Part shown: one piece after another, positions 1-7,918 of the stretch
Numbering within the stretch: the first letter of the stretch is position 1
Layout of the letters: the number at the start of each line of letters is the position of its first letter
Notes under the pieces: generated by a model
Told to the model about the DNA's origin: nothing
Database searches by the model: none
What the model saw: the letters and a program-made list of their open reading frames with translations, nothing else
Assembly: GCA_037446215.1 (NCBI GenBank)
Contig: JBBIJB010000013.1
Span: 28,847-42,473, forward strand
DNA from: Armatimonadota bacterium
GTDB lineage: Bacteria > Sysuimicrobiota > Sysuimicrobiia > Sysuimicrobiales > Humicultoraceae
Direction of reading: 5' to 3'
Length of the DNA: 13,627 nt
Translations under genes and position numbers: made by a program

Positions 1-10
1 AGGTGGATGG

Positions 11-691
11 GTGAGCGGAAGCAGGAAGCCCCTCGTGATAGTCGGAGCCGGCGGCATAGCCCGCAGCATCGCGGGCGTGGTGGAGGAGATCAACGACGCG
101 GAGCCGGCATGGGAGCTGCTCGGGTTCGTCGACGACGCCGGTGGCCCGGACTCCGAAGGCGGATTCCCCGTCCTGGGCCCGATCTCTCACCTGGAGGCGA
201 TGGATCCCAAGCCCTATGCCGTCATCGGCGTGGGCGATCCGGGCGCACGCCGCCTGCTGGCCGGGAGGCTGGAGGCGGCCGGGGTCCGCTGGGCTCTGCT
301 CCTCCATCCGTCCACGATCTTCTCGCGCCACTCCAGGATGGGCGCCGGCTCGATAGTCACCACCCTGTGCCGGATCGACAGGAGCGTCACAATCGGCAGG
401 CACTGCCTCATCCTGTCGGGCTGCCTGATCGGCCACGACACCAGGATCGACGACTTCGCCAGCCTGATGCCCGGCGTCAAGGTGGCGGGGGATTCGCGCC
501 TTGGGGCCGGGTGCTTCATAGGCATCAACGCCTGCGTCGTGCACGGCGTCGGCATCGGCGAGTGGTCGACGATCGGCGCGGGGGCGGCGGTCGTCAGCGC
601 GATCCCCGCCGGGGTCGTCGCCGCGGGCGTGCCCGCGCGGGTAATCAAGGAGGCCGCCGGCAACCCGCTGCGCCCGGGAAGGGCTCCCTAG
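11..691 (+). CDS. NeuD/PglD/VioB-family sugar acetyltransferase (N-terminal Rossmann-like domain plus hexapeptide left-handed beta-helix)
   Basis: LVIVGAGG ... ELLGFVDD N-terminus, 'IGVGDP..R', 'LLHPS', hexapeptide repeats (IGRHCLI, IGHD with the conserved His, LGAGCFIG, IGEWSTIGAGAAVV) and C-terminal 'GVPARVIK'. The GTG start is near the window edge, so it is slightly uncertain. Confidence 0.88.
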   Translation: MSGSRKPLVIVGAGGIARSIAGVVEEINDAEPAWELLGFVDDAGGPDSEGGFPVLGPISHLEAMDPKPYAVIGVGDPGARRLLAGRLEAAGVRWALLLHPSTIFSRHSRMGAGSIVTTLCRIDRSVTIGRHCLILSGCLIGHDTRIDDFASLMPGVKVAGDSRLGAGCFIGINACVVHGVGIGEWSTIGAGAAVVSAIPAGVVAAGVPARVIKEAAGNPLRPGRAP

Positions 692-716
692 CGGGCCCCT
701 GCGCGGGCGCCGGGCG

Positions 717-742
717 GCAGGAGTTTCCCCCCCGCCTAGAAT
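717..742 (+). promoter_or_regulatory. Candidate promoter for ftsB/divIC: GCAGGAGTTT ... TAGAAT (SigH-like, or a sigma70 -10 box)
   Basis: AGGA (719-722) lies 16 nt before GAAT (739-742). TAGAAT (737-742) also fits a sigma70 -10. It is about 50 nt upstream of the ATG at 793. Confidence 0.35.
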
Positions 743-792
743 CGCCCGGTGAGACATCGCGCTGGAGTCGCATCTTCGTCGCAGCATTCGTC

Positions 793-1200
793 ATGTCAGA
801 GGCCGCCGCGCGCCGCGTATACCTACCGCCGGGCCCGTCCCGGAGGATCATACCGCGATGGGTCGGCCCGGTCCTGGCCGTGGGTGTCGGGCTGGCGGTG
901 GTCGCTGCTTTCGCAGGGGCCTACTGGGATCTCTACCAGGTCCAGCGCGAGGTGGCCTCGCTCTCGCGCGAGCGGGATGAGCTGCGGCAGGGCAACGCCG
1001 TCCTGCGCGAGGAGATTCGGCTGCTGCGGACGCCGGCGTACATCGAGCGGCTGGCGCGCGAGCAGCTCGGTATGGTCAAGCCGGGCGAGATCGCGATAAT
1101 GCTGGTGCGGCCGACCCCGGCGCCCGCCGACCCCTCGCCGGGAGCCGGCGGCGGCGCGGGGCCGCGCAAGCCCTGGTGGCTCCGCCTGCTGGGCCGCTAG
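793..1200 (+). CDS. ftsB: Septum formation initiator, FtsB/DivIC family (135 aa)
   Basis: C-terminal part of ORF 7..1200 from ATG 793. It has one TM helix (VLAVGVGLAVVAAFAGAYW), a coiled coil (QREVASLSRERDELRQGNAVLREEIRLL) and the hallmark 'YIERLAREQLGMVKPGE'. It is followed by an S1 gene, as in divIC-yabR. Confidence 0.9.
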   Translation: MSEAAARRVYLPPGPSRRIIPRWVGPVLAVGVGLAVVAAFAGAYWDLYQVQREVASLSRERDELRQGNAVLREEIRLLRTPAYIERLAREQLGMVKPGEIAIMLVRPTPAPADPSPGAGGGAGPRKPWWLRLLGR

Positions 1201-1246
1201 CGGCGGGAACGGCGGAGGCGAAGAGGAGCAGTCGCAGAACGGCTCG

Positions 1247-1276
1247 TTGACAGCGAGAGCGGCGCGCGGCTATCAT
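1247..1276 (+). promoter_or_regulatory. Sigma70/SigA-type promoter for the S1-domain gene
   Basis: Perfect -35 TTGACA (1247-1252), 18-nt spacer, -10 TATCAT (1271-1276), in an intergenic gap upstream of the AAGGGGAG RBS (1301-1308). Confidence 0.75.
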
Positions 1277-1321
1277 CTGTCGCGCGTCACCAAACAACGG
1301 AAGGGGAGTGCCAAGCAGCAG

Positions 1322-1696
1322 ATGGAAGTCGAGCCAGGAAGCATCGTCGAGGGAACTGTTGTAAAGATCACCAACTACGGCGCCTTCGTTGAACTCCCCG
1401 GTGGCAAGAGCGGCCTCGTCCACATCTCCGAGATCGCGGACACCTACGTCAAGGACGTCAAGGACTATCTCAAGGAGCAGGAGAGGGTGCGGGTCAAGAT
1501 CCTCGGCCTCAACGACCGGGGCAAGCTCGACCTGTCGGTCAAGCAGGCCCTGCCGCCCGAGGAGAGGGTCTCCCGCTCCAGGCCCCGCACCTCCTTCGAG
1601 GACAAGCTCAAGTCCTTCATGAAGGAGAGCGAGGAGCGCCTGCTCGACCTGAAGCGAAGCACCGAGGCCAAGCGGGGCGGCCGCAAGCGAAGGTAG
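1322..1696 (+). CDS. S1 RNA-binding domain protein, YabR/YugI-like (124 aa)
   Basis: 'GSIVEGTVVKITNYGAFVELPGGKSGLVHISEIADTYVKDVKDYL ... LSVKQA' S1 domain plus the YabR-type tail 'SFEDKLKSFMKESEERLLDLKR..KRGGR'. ATG 1322 follows an RBS; the track's TTG start at 1247 coincides with the -35 box. Confidence 0.93.
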   Translation: MEVEPGSIVEGTVVKITNYGAFVELPGGKSGLVHISEIADTYVKDVKDYLKEQERVRVKILGLNDRGKLDLSVKQALPPEERVSRSRPRTSFEDKLKSFMKESEERLLDLKRSTEAKRGGRKRR

Positions 1697-1702
1697 GCTC
1701 TT

Positions 1703-2053
1703 CTACTCGATCCCGAGCAGATAGACGACCTCCTCGAACGCGCGCCAGACTATGTCGTCGCGCTCGAGGTTGAGCGACGTTTCCGACACGCCTTCCTTGC
1801 CCGTCAGCTCCGCGAGCTGGGCGTCCATCTGCTCGAGCCGCTCGCGCACGTTGACGACCTCGGGGATGAGCGTCGCCTCCGGGAGCTCCCCGCGGATCCG
1901 CTCGATGGCGTCTTGCTCCACCTGCCTCGCCAGCCGATCCATCTCCACCGCCTCGATCTTGGTGTAGACGACCAGCCCGCGCCGCTCCTCCAGCCCGGCT
2001 ATCGCAATCTCCCTCAGCTTCTTCAGCAGCGGATCCCTGGTCTCACTCGCCAT
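1703..2053 (-). CDS. Hypothetical acidic, probably alpha-helical protein (116 aa)
   Basis: ATG start with a GGGGAG RBS upstream (2061-2066 on the - strand), protein-like composition rather than Arg/Gly/Pro-rich, and an 11-nt overlap with the ABC gene upstream. No family recognised. Confidence 0.75.
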   Translation of the reverse strand: MASETRDPLLKKLREIAIAGLEERRGLVVYTKIEAVEMDRLARQVEQDAIERIRGELPEATLIPEVVNVRERLEQMDAQLAELTGKEGVSETSLNLERDDIVWRAFEEVVYLLGIE

Positions 2054-3935
2054 CGCTCGGCTCCCCCACCCTTCCGACTCGACCGCCCTCCCGCACCGCT
2101 CGGCGCCCGGCGGGGACGGCTTCCTGGTCCCGGTACTGCAGCTCGTAGAGCTTTGTGTAGATCCCGCCGCGCGCCAGCAGCTCGCGGTGGGTGCCCTCCT
2201 CGGCGATACGACCCCTGTGGATCACGAGGATCCGGTCCACGTGCTGGATCGTGGAGAGCCTGTGCGCGATGATGATCGAGGTGCGGTTCGCCATGACGCG
2301 GCGAAGCGCCTCCTGGATCAGCATCTCGCTCTCAGTATCCACGCTGCTGGTCGCCTCGTCGAGCACCAGCAGCACATCGGGGTTGTGGGCTATCGCCCTG
2401 GCGAACGCTATCAACTGCTTCTGGCCGACCGAGAGGGTCACGCCGCGCTCGTGGACCTCGGCACCGTAGCCGCCCGGCACGCGCTCGATGAACCGGTCGG
2501 CGCCCACGAACTCGGCCGCCCGCCTCACCCCCTCCGAGGTTATGGAGGAGGTGCCCAGGCGGATGTTGTCCTCGATCGTCCCCGAGAACAGGAAGACGTC
2601 CTGCGCCACCAGCCCGATGTGGCTGCGCAGCGCCTGCTGCCCCCACAGCCGCACGTCGTGGCCGTCCACCGACACGCGGCCGCGCTGGGGATCGTAGAAC
2701 CGCGCGATCAGGTTGATTATCGAGGACTTCCCGGCGCCGGTGTGGCCGACGAACGCGACGCTCTCGCCCGGCCTGATGTGGAACGAGACGTCGCGCAGCA
2801 CCCACTCCTGCGAGGGCGAGGCCTCGGAGGGCTCGTCGGGGCGCGAGGTGGGCTCGTAGGCGAACCAGACCCCGGCGAACTCTATCTCCCCCCGCACACG
2901 GTCCACCGCGATCGGGTGGGCGGGGTCTCCGACCTCGACCGGCTCGTCCATCAGGCGAAAGATCCGCTCGGCGGAGGCCATCGCCGACTGGAGGATGTTG
3001 TACTTCTCGGCGAGATCCTCGATCGGCTCGAAGAAGCGCTGCGCGTACTGGATGAACGCCACCACCAGCCCCACGCTCACCGCGCCCGAGAGGGCGCGGG
3101 AGCCGCCGTACCCGATGATGATCGCCACCGCCACCGCGCTTATCGCTCCGACGGTCGGGTGGAAGATGGCGAAGGAGCGCAGAGAGGCCAGGGTCGCGTG
3201 GAGGTGGTCGCGGTTGAGCGCGTCGAACCGCGCCGCCTCCGTCCTCTCGCGGCCGAACAACTGCACGATCCCCATCCCCATGATGTGCTCGTTGAGGAAG
3301 GCGTTTATCCGCGCCAGGCGCGTGCGCACCAGGCGGTAGGCCTCCCGGGCCCCCTCGCGGAACCGGGCGGTGAAGAGGATGATCACCGGCAGCACCAGCA
3401 TCGTCGCCAGCGCGAGGCGCCAGTCGAGGTAGAGCATGATCGCGACTATACCCACCAGCGTCAGCAGGTCGCCGAAGATCGCCACGACGCCCTGGGTGAT
3501 CATCTCGTTCAGCGCGTCGATGTCGTTGGTGACGCGGGTGACGAGCCGCCCCACCGGCTGGCGCGTGTAGAAGGCGACCGAGAGGCGCTGCAGGTGGGCG
3601 AACAGCTCCATGCGCAGGTCGTACATCGCCTGCTGCCCGACGCGCTGCATCACCAGCGTCTGCGCGTAGCGGAAGACGAATCCGGCGGCGAGCGCGCCGA
3701 CGTATGCCGCGATCACGATCCACAGCCGCTCGAGCCGGCCCGGGGCTATGTGGAAGTCGATCGCGACCCGCATGATGTACGGCCCGACCAACGCGGCCGC
3801 CGAGGTGAGGACCAGCAGCACCACCGACGCCGCCACCGCGGCGCCGTAGGGGCGGACGTATCCGAGCAGCCGCCGCATCAACCGCGCGTCGTAGGCGGCG
3901 CCTACGACCTCGTCCTCGTGGAAGACGGTGCTCAT
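2043..3935 (-). CDS. ABC exporter half-transporter (TMD+NBD), second subunit of a heterodimer (YheH/MdlB/TM288-like), 630 aa
   Basis: Start MSTVFHEDE at ATG 3935 overlaps the upstream stop (ATGA). Multi-TM domain, 'GRLVTRVTND', Walker A GHTGAGKS, signature LSVGQKQ, Walker B VLDEATS, switch IAHRLSTI. Confidence 0.95.
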   Translation of the reverse strand: MSTVFHEDEVVGAAYDARLMRRLLGYVRPYGAAVAASVVLLVLTSAAALVGPYIMRVAIDFHIAPGRLERLWIVIAAYVGALAAGFVFRYAQTLVMQRVGQQAMYDLRMELFAHLQRLSVAFYTRQPVGRLVTRVTNDIDALNEMITQGVVAIFGDLLTLVGIVAIMLYLDWRLALATMLVLPVIILFTARFREGAREAYRLVRTRLARINAFLNEHIMGMGIVQLFGRERTEAARFDALNRDHLHATLASLRSFAIFHPTVGAISAVAVAIIIGYGGSRALSGAVSVGLVVAFIQYAQRFFEPIEDLAEKYNILQSAMASAERIFRLMDEPVEVGDPAHPIAVDRVRGEIEFAGVWFAYEPTSRPDEPSEASPSQEWVLRDVSFHIRPGESVAFVGHTGAGKSSIINLIARFYDPQRGRVSVDGHDVRLWGQQALRSHIGLVAQDVFLFSGTIEDNIRLGTSSITSEGVRRAAEFVGADRFIERVPGGYGAEVHERGVTLSVGQKQLIAFARAIAHNPDVLLVLDEATSSVDTESEMLIQEALRRVMANRTSIIIAHRLSTIQHVDRILVIHRGRIAEEGTHRELLARGGIYTKLYELQYRDQEAVPAGRRAVREGGRVGRVGEPSDGE

Positions 3936-5680
3936 GGTGAACCCTCTTCTGCCTCGAGGGCCTCTCTGAGGAGCTGCTTGTGATACAGGTCGGCGTAGAG
4001 GCCGCCCTCGGCCAGGAGCGACTCGTGCGTCCCGCTCTCGGCTATCCTCCCCTCGTCGAGCACGACTATCAAGTCGGCTCCGCGCACCGTCGAGATGCGG
4101 TGCGAGATGATCAGGCTCGTGCGCTCGGCCATGAACCGCCTGAGCCCCGCGAGGATCTCCTCCTCGGTCCGGGTGTCTACGCTGCTCAGCGCGTCGTCGA
4201 GGATCAGGATCCGGGGGTCGCGCGCGATCGCCCGGGCGATCGTCGCCCGCTGCTTCTGGCCTCCGGAGAGCGTGACCCCCCTCTCCCCCACCGTCGTCCC
4301 GTACCCCATCGGGAACCCTTCGATCTCCCCCGACAGCCGGGCAATCCCTGCGGCCTCGCGCGCCGCCTCGGGTGCGCCCTCCCCGTCGCCGATGCCGAAG
4401 GCGAGGTTGTTCTCGAGCGTGTCCGAGAAGAGGAACGGCTCCTGGGGCACGAGCCCGATGCTGCCGCGCAGCTGCTCGAGGCCCAGGTCGCGGACGTCGA
4501 CACCGTCTACGAGCACCGCGCCTCCGGTCGCGTCGATCAGCCTCGGTATCAGCGAGACCAGCGTCGTCTTGCCCGAGCCGGTCGGCCCCACTATCGCCAC
4601 GATGGCCCCGGCGGGCACCTTGAGGTTCACCTCGGCGAGGACCTGGGTCTCGCCGTAGGAGAACGAGACGTCGCGGAACTCGATCTCGCCCCGCACGCCG
4701 TCCGGTGTCACGGGATCGTGAGGGTCGGCGATCGCCGCGTGCGCGCCCAGGATCTCGTCGAGCCGCCGCATCGACGCCGTCCCCTGCTGGAACAGCGTGG
4801 CCACCCAGCCGAGCGCGATCATCGGCCATGACAGCATCATCAGGTATCCGAAGAACTGAACCAGCTGGCCGAGAGTGATCCGCCCGCCGACGACCGCCGT
4901 GCCGCCGAACCACAGCACCGCGGCGGCGGCCGCCCCGAGGATCAGGGTCATGGCGGGCCACAGCGCGCCCGCGGTCCGGGCCAGGCGCATCGCCCGCGCG
5001 ACGTACTCGCGGTTGAGCACCGAGAAGGCCTCGATCTCGGCGGACTCCTGCGCGTAGGCCTTCACCACGCGCACGCCGGAGAGGTTCTCCTGGGCGCGCG
5101 CGGAGATCGCGCTGAACTGCTCCTGCACCTGCTCGAACTGCCGGTGTATGCGGCGCCCGATCGCCAGGAAGACCAAGCTGACCACGGGCAGGATGACGGT
5201 CACCACCAGGGCCAGCGGGGCGTAGACCGCGAACATCAAGGCGCCGGCCGCGGTGAACATGACGACCGTGTTGAAGCCGTGCATGATCGCTACGCCCACC
5301 AGGCGCGTGACGGCGTTGAGGTCGTTGATCGCCCTCGCCATCAGGTCGCCGGTGCGGGTGCGCTGGTAGAACGCCTGCGGCAGCCGCTGCAGGTGGGCGA
5401 AGTAGTCGTTGCGGATCTCGTACTCGATCGTGCGGGCGGCCCCGAGCACCGTCATCCGCCAGAAGAAGCGGACGAAGCTGTTGGCCAGCGCGATGCAGAT
5501 GTAGGCGGCGGCGAGCGCGAGCAGCGCGCGCACCCCGGCCCCTTCGCTGATCCCGTCTATCGCGAGCCGGAGGATCCACGGATTGGTCACGGAGAGGCCG
5601 GTGGCGGTAAGGCTTAGCAGCGATCCGACCAGGTAGGCCCTGAGGTGCCTCTGGATGTAGCCGCGAAGGCGGCGCCTCAC
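3932..5680 (-). CDS. ABC exporter half-transporter (TMD+NBD), first subunit of a heterodimer (YheI/MdlA-like), 582 aa
   Basis: GTG start at 5680 overlaps the pxpA stop (GTGA). 'RTGDLMARAINDL', Walker A GPTGSGKT, Q-loop VPQE, signature LSGGQKQR, Walker B ILDDALS, switch ISHRISTV. Confidence 0.95.
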   Translation of the reverse strand: MRRRLRGYIQRHLRAYLVGSLLSLTATGLSVTNPWILRLAIDGISEGAGVRALLALAAAYICIALANSFVRFFWRMTVLGAARTIEYEIRNDYFAHLQRLPQAFYQRTRTGDLMARAINDLNAVTRLVGVAIMHGFNTVVMFTAAGALMFAVYAPLALVVTVILPVVSLVFLAIGRRIHRQFEQVQEQFSAISARAQENLSGVRVVKAYAQESAEIEAFSVLNREYVARAMRLARTAGALWPAMTLILGAAAAAVLWFGGTAVVGGRITLGQLVQFFGYLMMLSWPMIALGWVATLFQQGTASMRRLDEILGAHAAIADPHDPVTPDGVRGEIEFRDVSFSYGETQVLAEVNLKVPAGAIVAIVGPTGSGKTTLVSLIPRLIDATGGAVLVDGVDVRDLGLEQLRGSIGLVPQEPFLFSDTLENNLAFGIGDGEGAPEAAREAAGIARLSGEIEGFPMGYGTTVGERGVTLSGGQKQRATIARAIARDPRILILDDALSSVDTRTEEEILAGLRRFMAERTSLIISHRISTVRGADLIVVLDEGRIAESGTHESLLAEGGLYADLYHKQLLREALEAEEGSP

Positions 5681-6456
5681 GCGGCCGGGAGCGGCGCGAC
5701 CCGGACCCCCGCCGCCTCGAGGGCCTGTCTCGCCGCGGACGCGAGCGCCCCGGCCCCCGGGGTGTCGCTGTGGATGCACAGGGTTGCGGGCCGGACCGTC
5801 AGCGACGCGCCGTCCGCGGTCTCCACGTGCCCCTCGGTCGCCAGCGCCACCGCCCTCGCGGCAACCTGCGCGGGATCCGTGATCAGCGCGCCCGGCTCGC
5901 CGCGGGGAGCAAGGGCGCCGCTGCGCAGGTAGCCGCGGTCCAGGAACGCCTCGTGCGCCACGGGCACGCCGCGGGCCTCCGCGGCCGCGGCCATGGCCGA
6001 GTTCAGGGGTGCGAGCAGCCACAGCCCCTCAAACGCGGCGGAGGCCTCGGCGATCGAGGCGGCCAGGTCGGCGTCCGCGACGGCCATGTTGTAGAGGGCG
6101 CCGTGGGCCTTGACGTGCCGCAGCCGGACGCCGTCCGCCTCTGCCAGAGCCCGGACGGCCCCGATCTGGTAGATCAGCATCGCGGTGAGGTCGGCGGGGG
6201 CGATCCGCATCTGCCGCCTGCCGAAGCCCTGCAGGTCCGGGAAGCCGGGATGGGCGCCCACGGCTACTCCGCGGGCGGCCGCGGCCCTGATCGCTCGCCT
6301 GATGACGACGGGATCGCCAGCGTGGTAGCCGCACGCGACGTTGAACGAGGTGATCGAGCGCAGCAGGTCGTCGTCGGCGCCGATCTGGTAGGCGCCAAAC
6401 CCCTCGGCGCCGTCGGAGTTCAGGTCTATCGTCCTGACCGCGGGTGACTCCGTCAT
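5677..6456 (-). CDS. pxpA: 5-oxoprolinase subunit A, LamB/YcsF family
   Basis: IDLNSD..EGFG, NVACGYHAGDP, GAHPGFPDLQGFGRR, YQIGA, HVKAHGALYN, EAFLDRGY, TLCIHSD; GGAGG RBS upstream. Confidence 0.93.
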   Translation of the reverse strand: MTESPAVRTIDLNSDGAEGFGAYQIGADDDLLRSITSFNVACGYHAGDPVVIRRAIRAAAARGVAVGAHPGFPDLQGFGRRQMRIAPADLTAMLIYQIGAVRALAEADGVRLRHVKAHGALYNMAVADADLAASIAEASAAFEGLWLLAPLNSAMAAAAEARGVPVAHEAFLDRGYLRSGALAPRGEPGALITDPAQVAARAVALATEGHVETADGASLTVRPATLCIHSDTPGAGALASAARQALEAAGVRVAPLPAA

Positions 6457-6487
6457 CTCGGATCGGCCTCCAACCGCCCGCCGCCCT

Positions 6488-7231
6488 CTACGGCGAGCCC
6501 TCTCTCGTCTCGGATTCTAGACGCTCCAGGAACCTCCCTATCGCGGCGTTCGTCTCGGCGGGCCGCTCCAGCATGACCATGTGACCGGCGCCGGCGATCA
6601 CCTCCAGGGCCGAGCCTCGGATCCGGCTGCTCAAGGAGCGGCTCTGCCCGACCTCGGCCACCGCGTCCTCCTCCCCGCAGATGAAGAGGACCGGCAGGTC
6701 GAGCTCGCCCGTCTCACAGGCGGCGTCGAAGCCGGCGGCGGCGCGGAGGTCGGCCGCCAGGACCTCCGGGGGAGTCCTGCGGAGGAGCTCCATCGACTTC
6801 TCGCGCAGACGCCGCGGAGCCCGCCCCCCGAGCCACGCCGAGGCGAGCCGCTCGAGCGCCCCTGCGTCACCCGACTCCACCTCGGCGACCACCTCCGGCG
6901 CGATTCCCGGCCCGGTCCCTACCCCTATCAGGATCAGGGCGAGCACCTCGCCGGGATGGTCGAGTGCCCAGCGCAGCGCGATCGCACCCCCCAGCGAGTG
7001 CCCGGCAAGGACCCGGCGGCCGCCCGGCGCCTGGATGCCCGAGAGATCCGAGCGCAGCGCCTCCACGTAGCCCCGCACACCGCGATCCGCCGCCCGCGGG
7101 TCGGGAGTGTCGCGGCCGGGCAGCGCCGGCGCGCGCGACCTCGGGAAGGCGAGCAGCTGGTTCTGCCAGACCAGCGGCCGGCCGCCCGCACCGTGGAGGA
7201 GCAGGAGGCCGCCGCCGAGGCGCAGGCTCAT
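6488..7231 (-). CDS. Alpha/beta-fold hydrolase (247 aa)
   Basis: ATG 7231 overlaps the MBL stop (ATGA). Oxyanion 'LHGAGG', nucleophile GHSLGG, acid 'CGEED', His 'GAGHMVMLERP'. Confidence 0.88.
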   Translation of the reverse strand: MSLRLGGGLLLLHGAGGRPLVWQNQLLAFPRSRAPALPGRDTPDPRAADRGVRGYVEALRSDLSGIQAPGGRRVLAGHSLGGAIALRWALDHPGEVLALILIGVGTGPGIAPEVVAEVESGDAGALERLASAWLGGRAPRRLREKSMELLRRTPPEVLAADLRAAAGFDAACETGELDLPVLFICGEEDAVAEVGQSRSLSSRIRGSALEVIAGAGHMVMLERPAETNAAIGRFLERLESETREGSP

Positions 7232-7866
7232 CCCCTGCCGATCCCGACGAGGAACGGGTTGCTCAGGCGCTCGCGTCCGACCGTGGTGGCCGGCCCGTGC
7301 CCCGGGTAGAGGATGGTGTCGTCCGGCAGCACCAGCAGCTGGGTCGCTATGGAGCGGATCAGCGTGTCGAACTCTCCTCCGGGGAGGTCGGCGCGGCCCA
7401 CGCTCCCCATGAAGACCATGTCGCCCACGAACGCCGCGCCCTCCCCTACCAGGCAGATGTGCCCGGGGCTGTGGCCCGGGGTGTGAACCACCCGGAACTG
7501 CCGGCCGCCCATCGCGAGCGAGTCGCCCTCCTCCAGGAGGCGGTCCGGCTTCGGCGGCTGATCGACGTGGATCCCGAAGTAGAGCATCGTGCTCTCGGCG
7601 GTCACCTCGAGCACCGGCAGCTCCCTCTCGCCTATCATGAACGGCGCGCCGGTCGCGCGCGTCAGATCGGCGACGCCGCCGACGTGGTCGAAGTGGGCGT
7701 GCGTCGCCACGACGGCCTCGACCCGGAGCCCCAGGCGCGCCGTCGCCGAAAGCACGCGGGAGGCGCTCCCACCCGGGTCTATGATGGTGGCCGCGCCCGT
7801 GGAGCCGTCGCCGACTATGTAACAGTTCGTCCCGATCGGGCCTACCTCGAGGGTCTCGACGATCAC
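7228..7866 (-). CDS. MBL-fold metallo-hydrolase (YcbL/GloC glyoxalase II-like)
   Basis: TNCYIV, IIDPGG, THAHFDH metal motif, HTPGHSPGH, GD, GRADLPGG, YPGHGPATTVGRE..NPF; GGAGGAG RBS before the GTG. Confidence 0.93.
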   Translation of the reverse strand: MIVETLEVGPIGTNCYIVGDGSTGAATIIDPGGSASRVLSATARLGLRVEAVVATHAHFDHVGGVADLTRATGAPFMIGERELPVLEVTAESTMLYFGIHVDQPPKPDRLLEEGDSLAMGGRQFRVVHTPGHSPGHICLVGEGAAFVGDMVFMGSVGRADLPGGEFDTLIRSIATQLLVLPDDTILYPGHGPATTVGRERLSNPFLVGIGRG

Positions 7867-7918
7867 GGGCTGCGCTCCTCCTCTCCACAGGGGAACGGGA
7901 ACGGCTCAGGGAAGTACC

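Noticed and set aside
11..691. Functional link between the NeuD-like acetyltransferase and nanE (sialic-acid pathway)
   Set aside because: They are 7.5 kb apart in different transcription units. The acetyltransferase more likely ends an upstream glycan locus outside the window.
7..792. N-terminal extension of the 397-aa ORF (apparent long FtsB)
   Set aside because: Arg-rich off-frame translation over the acetyltransferase gene; FtsB similarity begins only after ATG 793.
2043..5579. 1178-aa ORF suggesting a giant or fused ABC protein
   Set aside because: The first ~548 codons are an Arg/Gly/Pro-rich alternative frame over the upstream ABC gene. The real start is ATG 3935 with an ATGA overlap, and both subunits are complete without any frameshift.
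2187..5617. Long + strand ORFs (2187..3983, 3980..4831, 5144..5617)
   Set aside because: They are antisense shadows of the ABC genes, common with high-GC codon usage, and contain no recognisable motifs.
7228..7866. MBL fold as a beta-lactam resistance or anti-phage nuclease gene
   Set aside because: No signal peptide and no beta-CASP or ComEC features; the motifs match the ubiquitous YcbL/glyoxalase II-like group.
7232..7888. 466-aa ORF suggesting a longer alpha/beta hydrolase or an MBL-hydrolase fusion
   Set aside because: The extension is an off-frame reading of the MBL gene; the two genes are separately coupled by ATGA.
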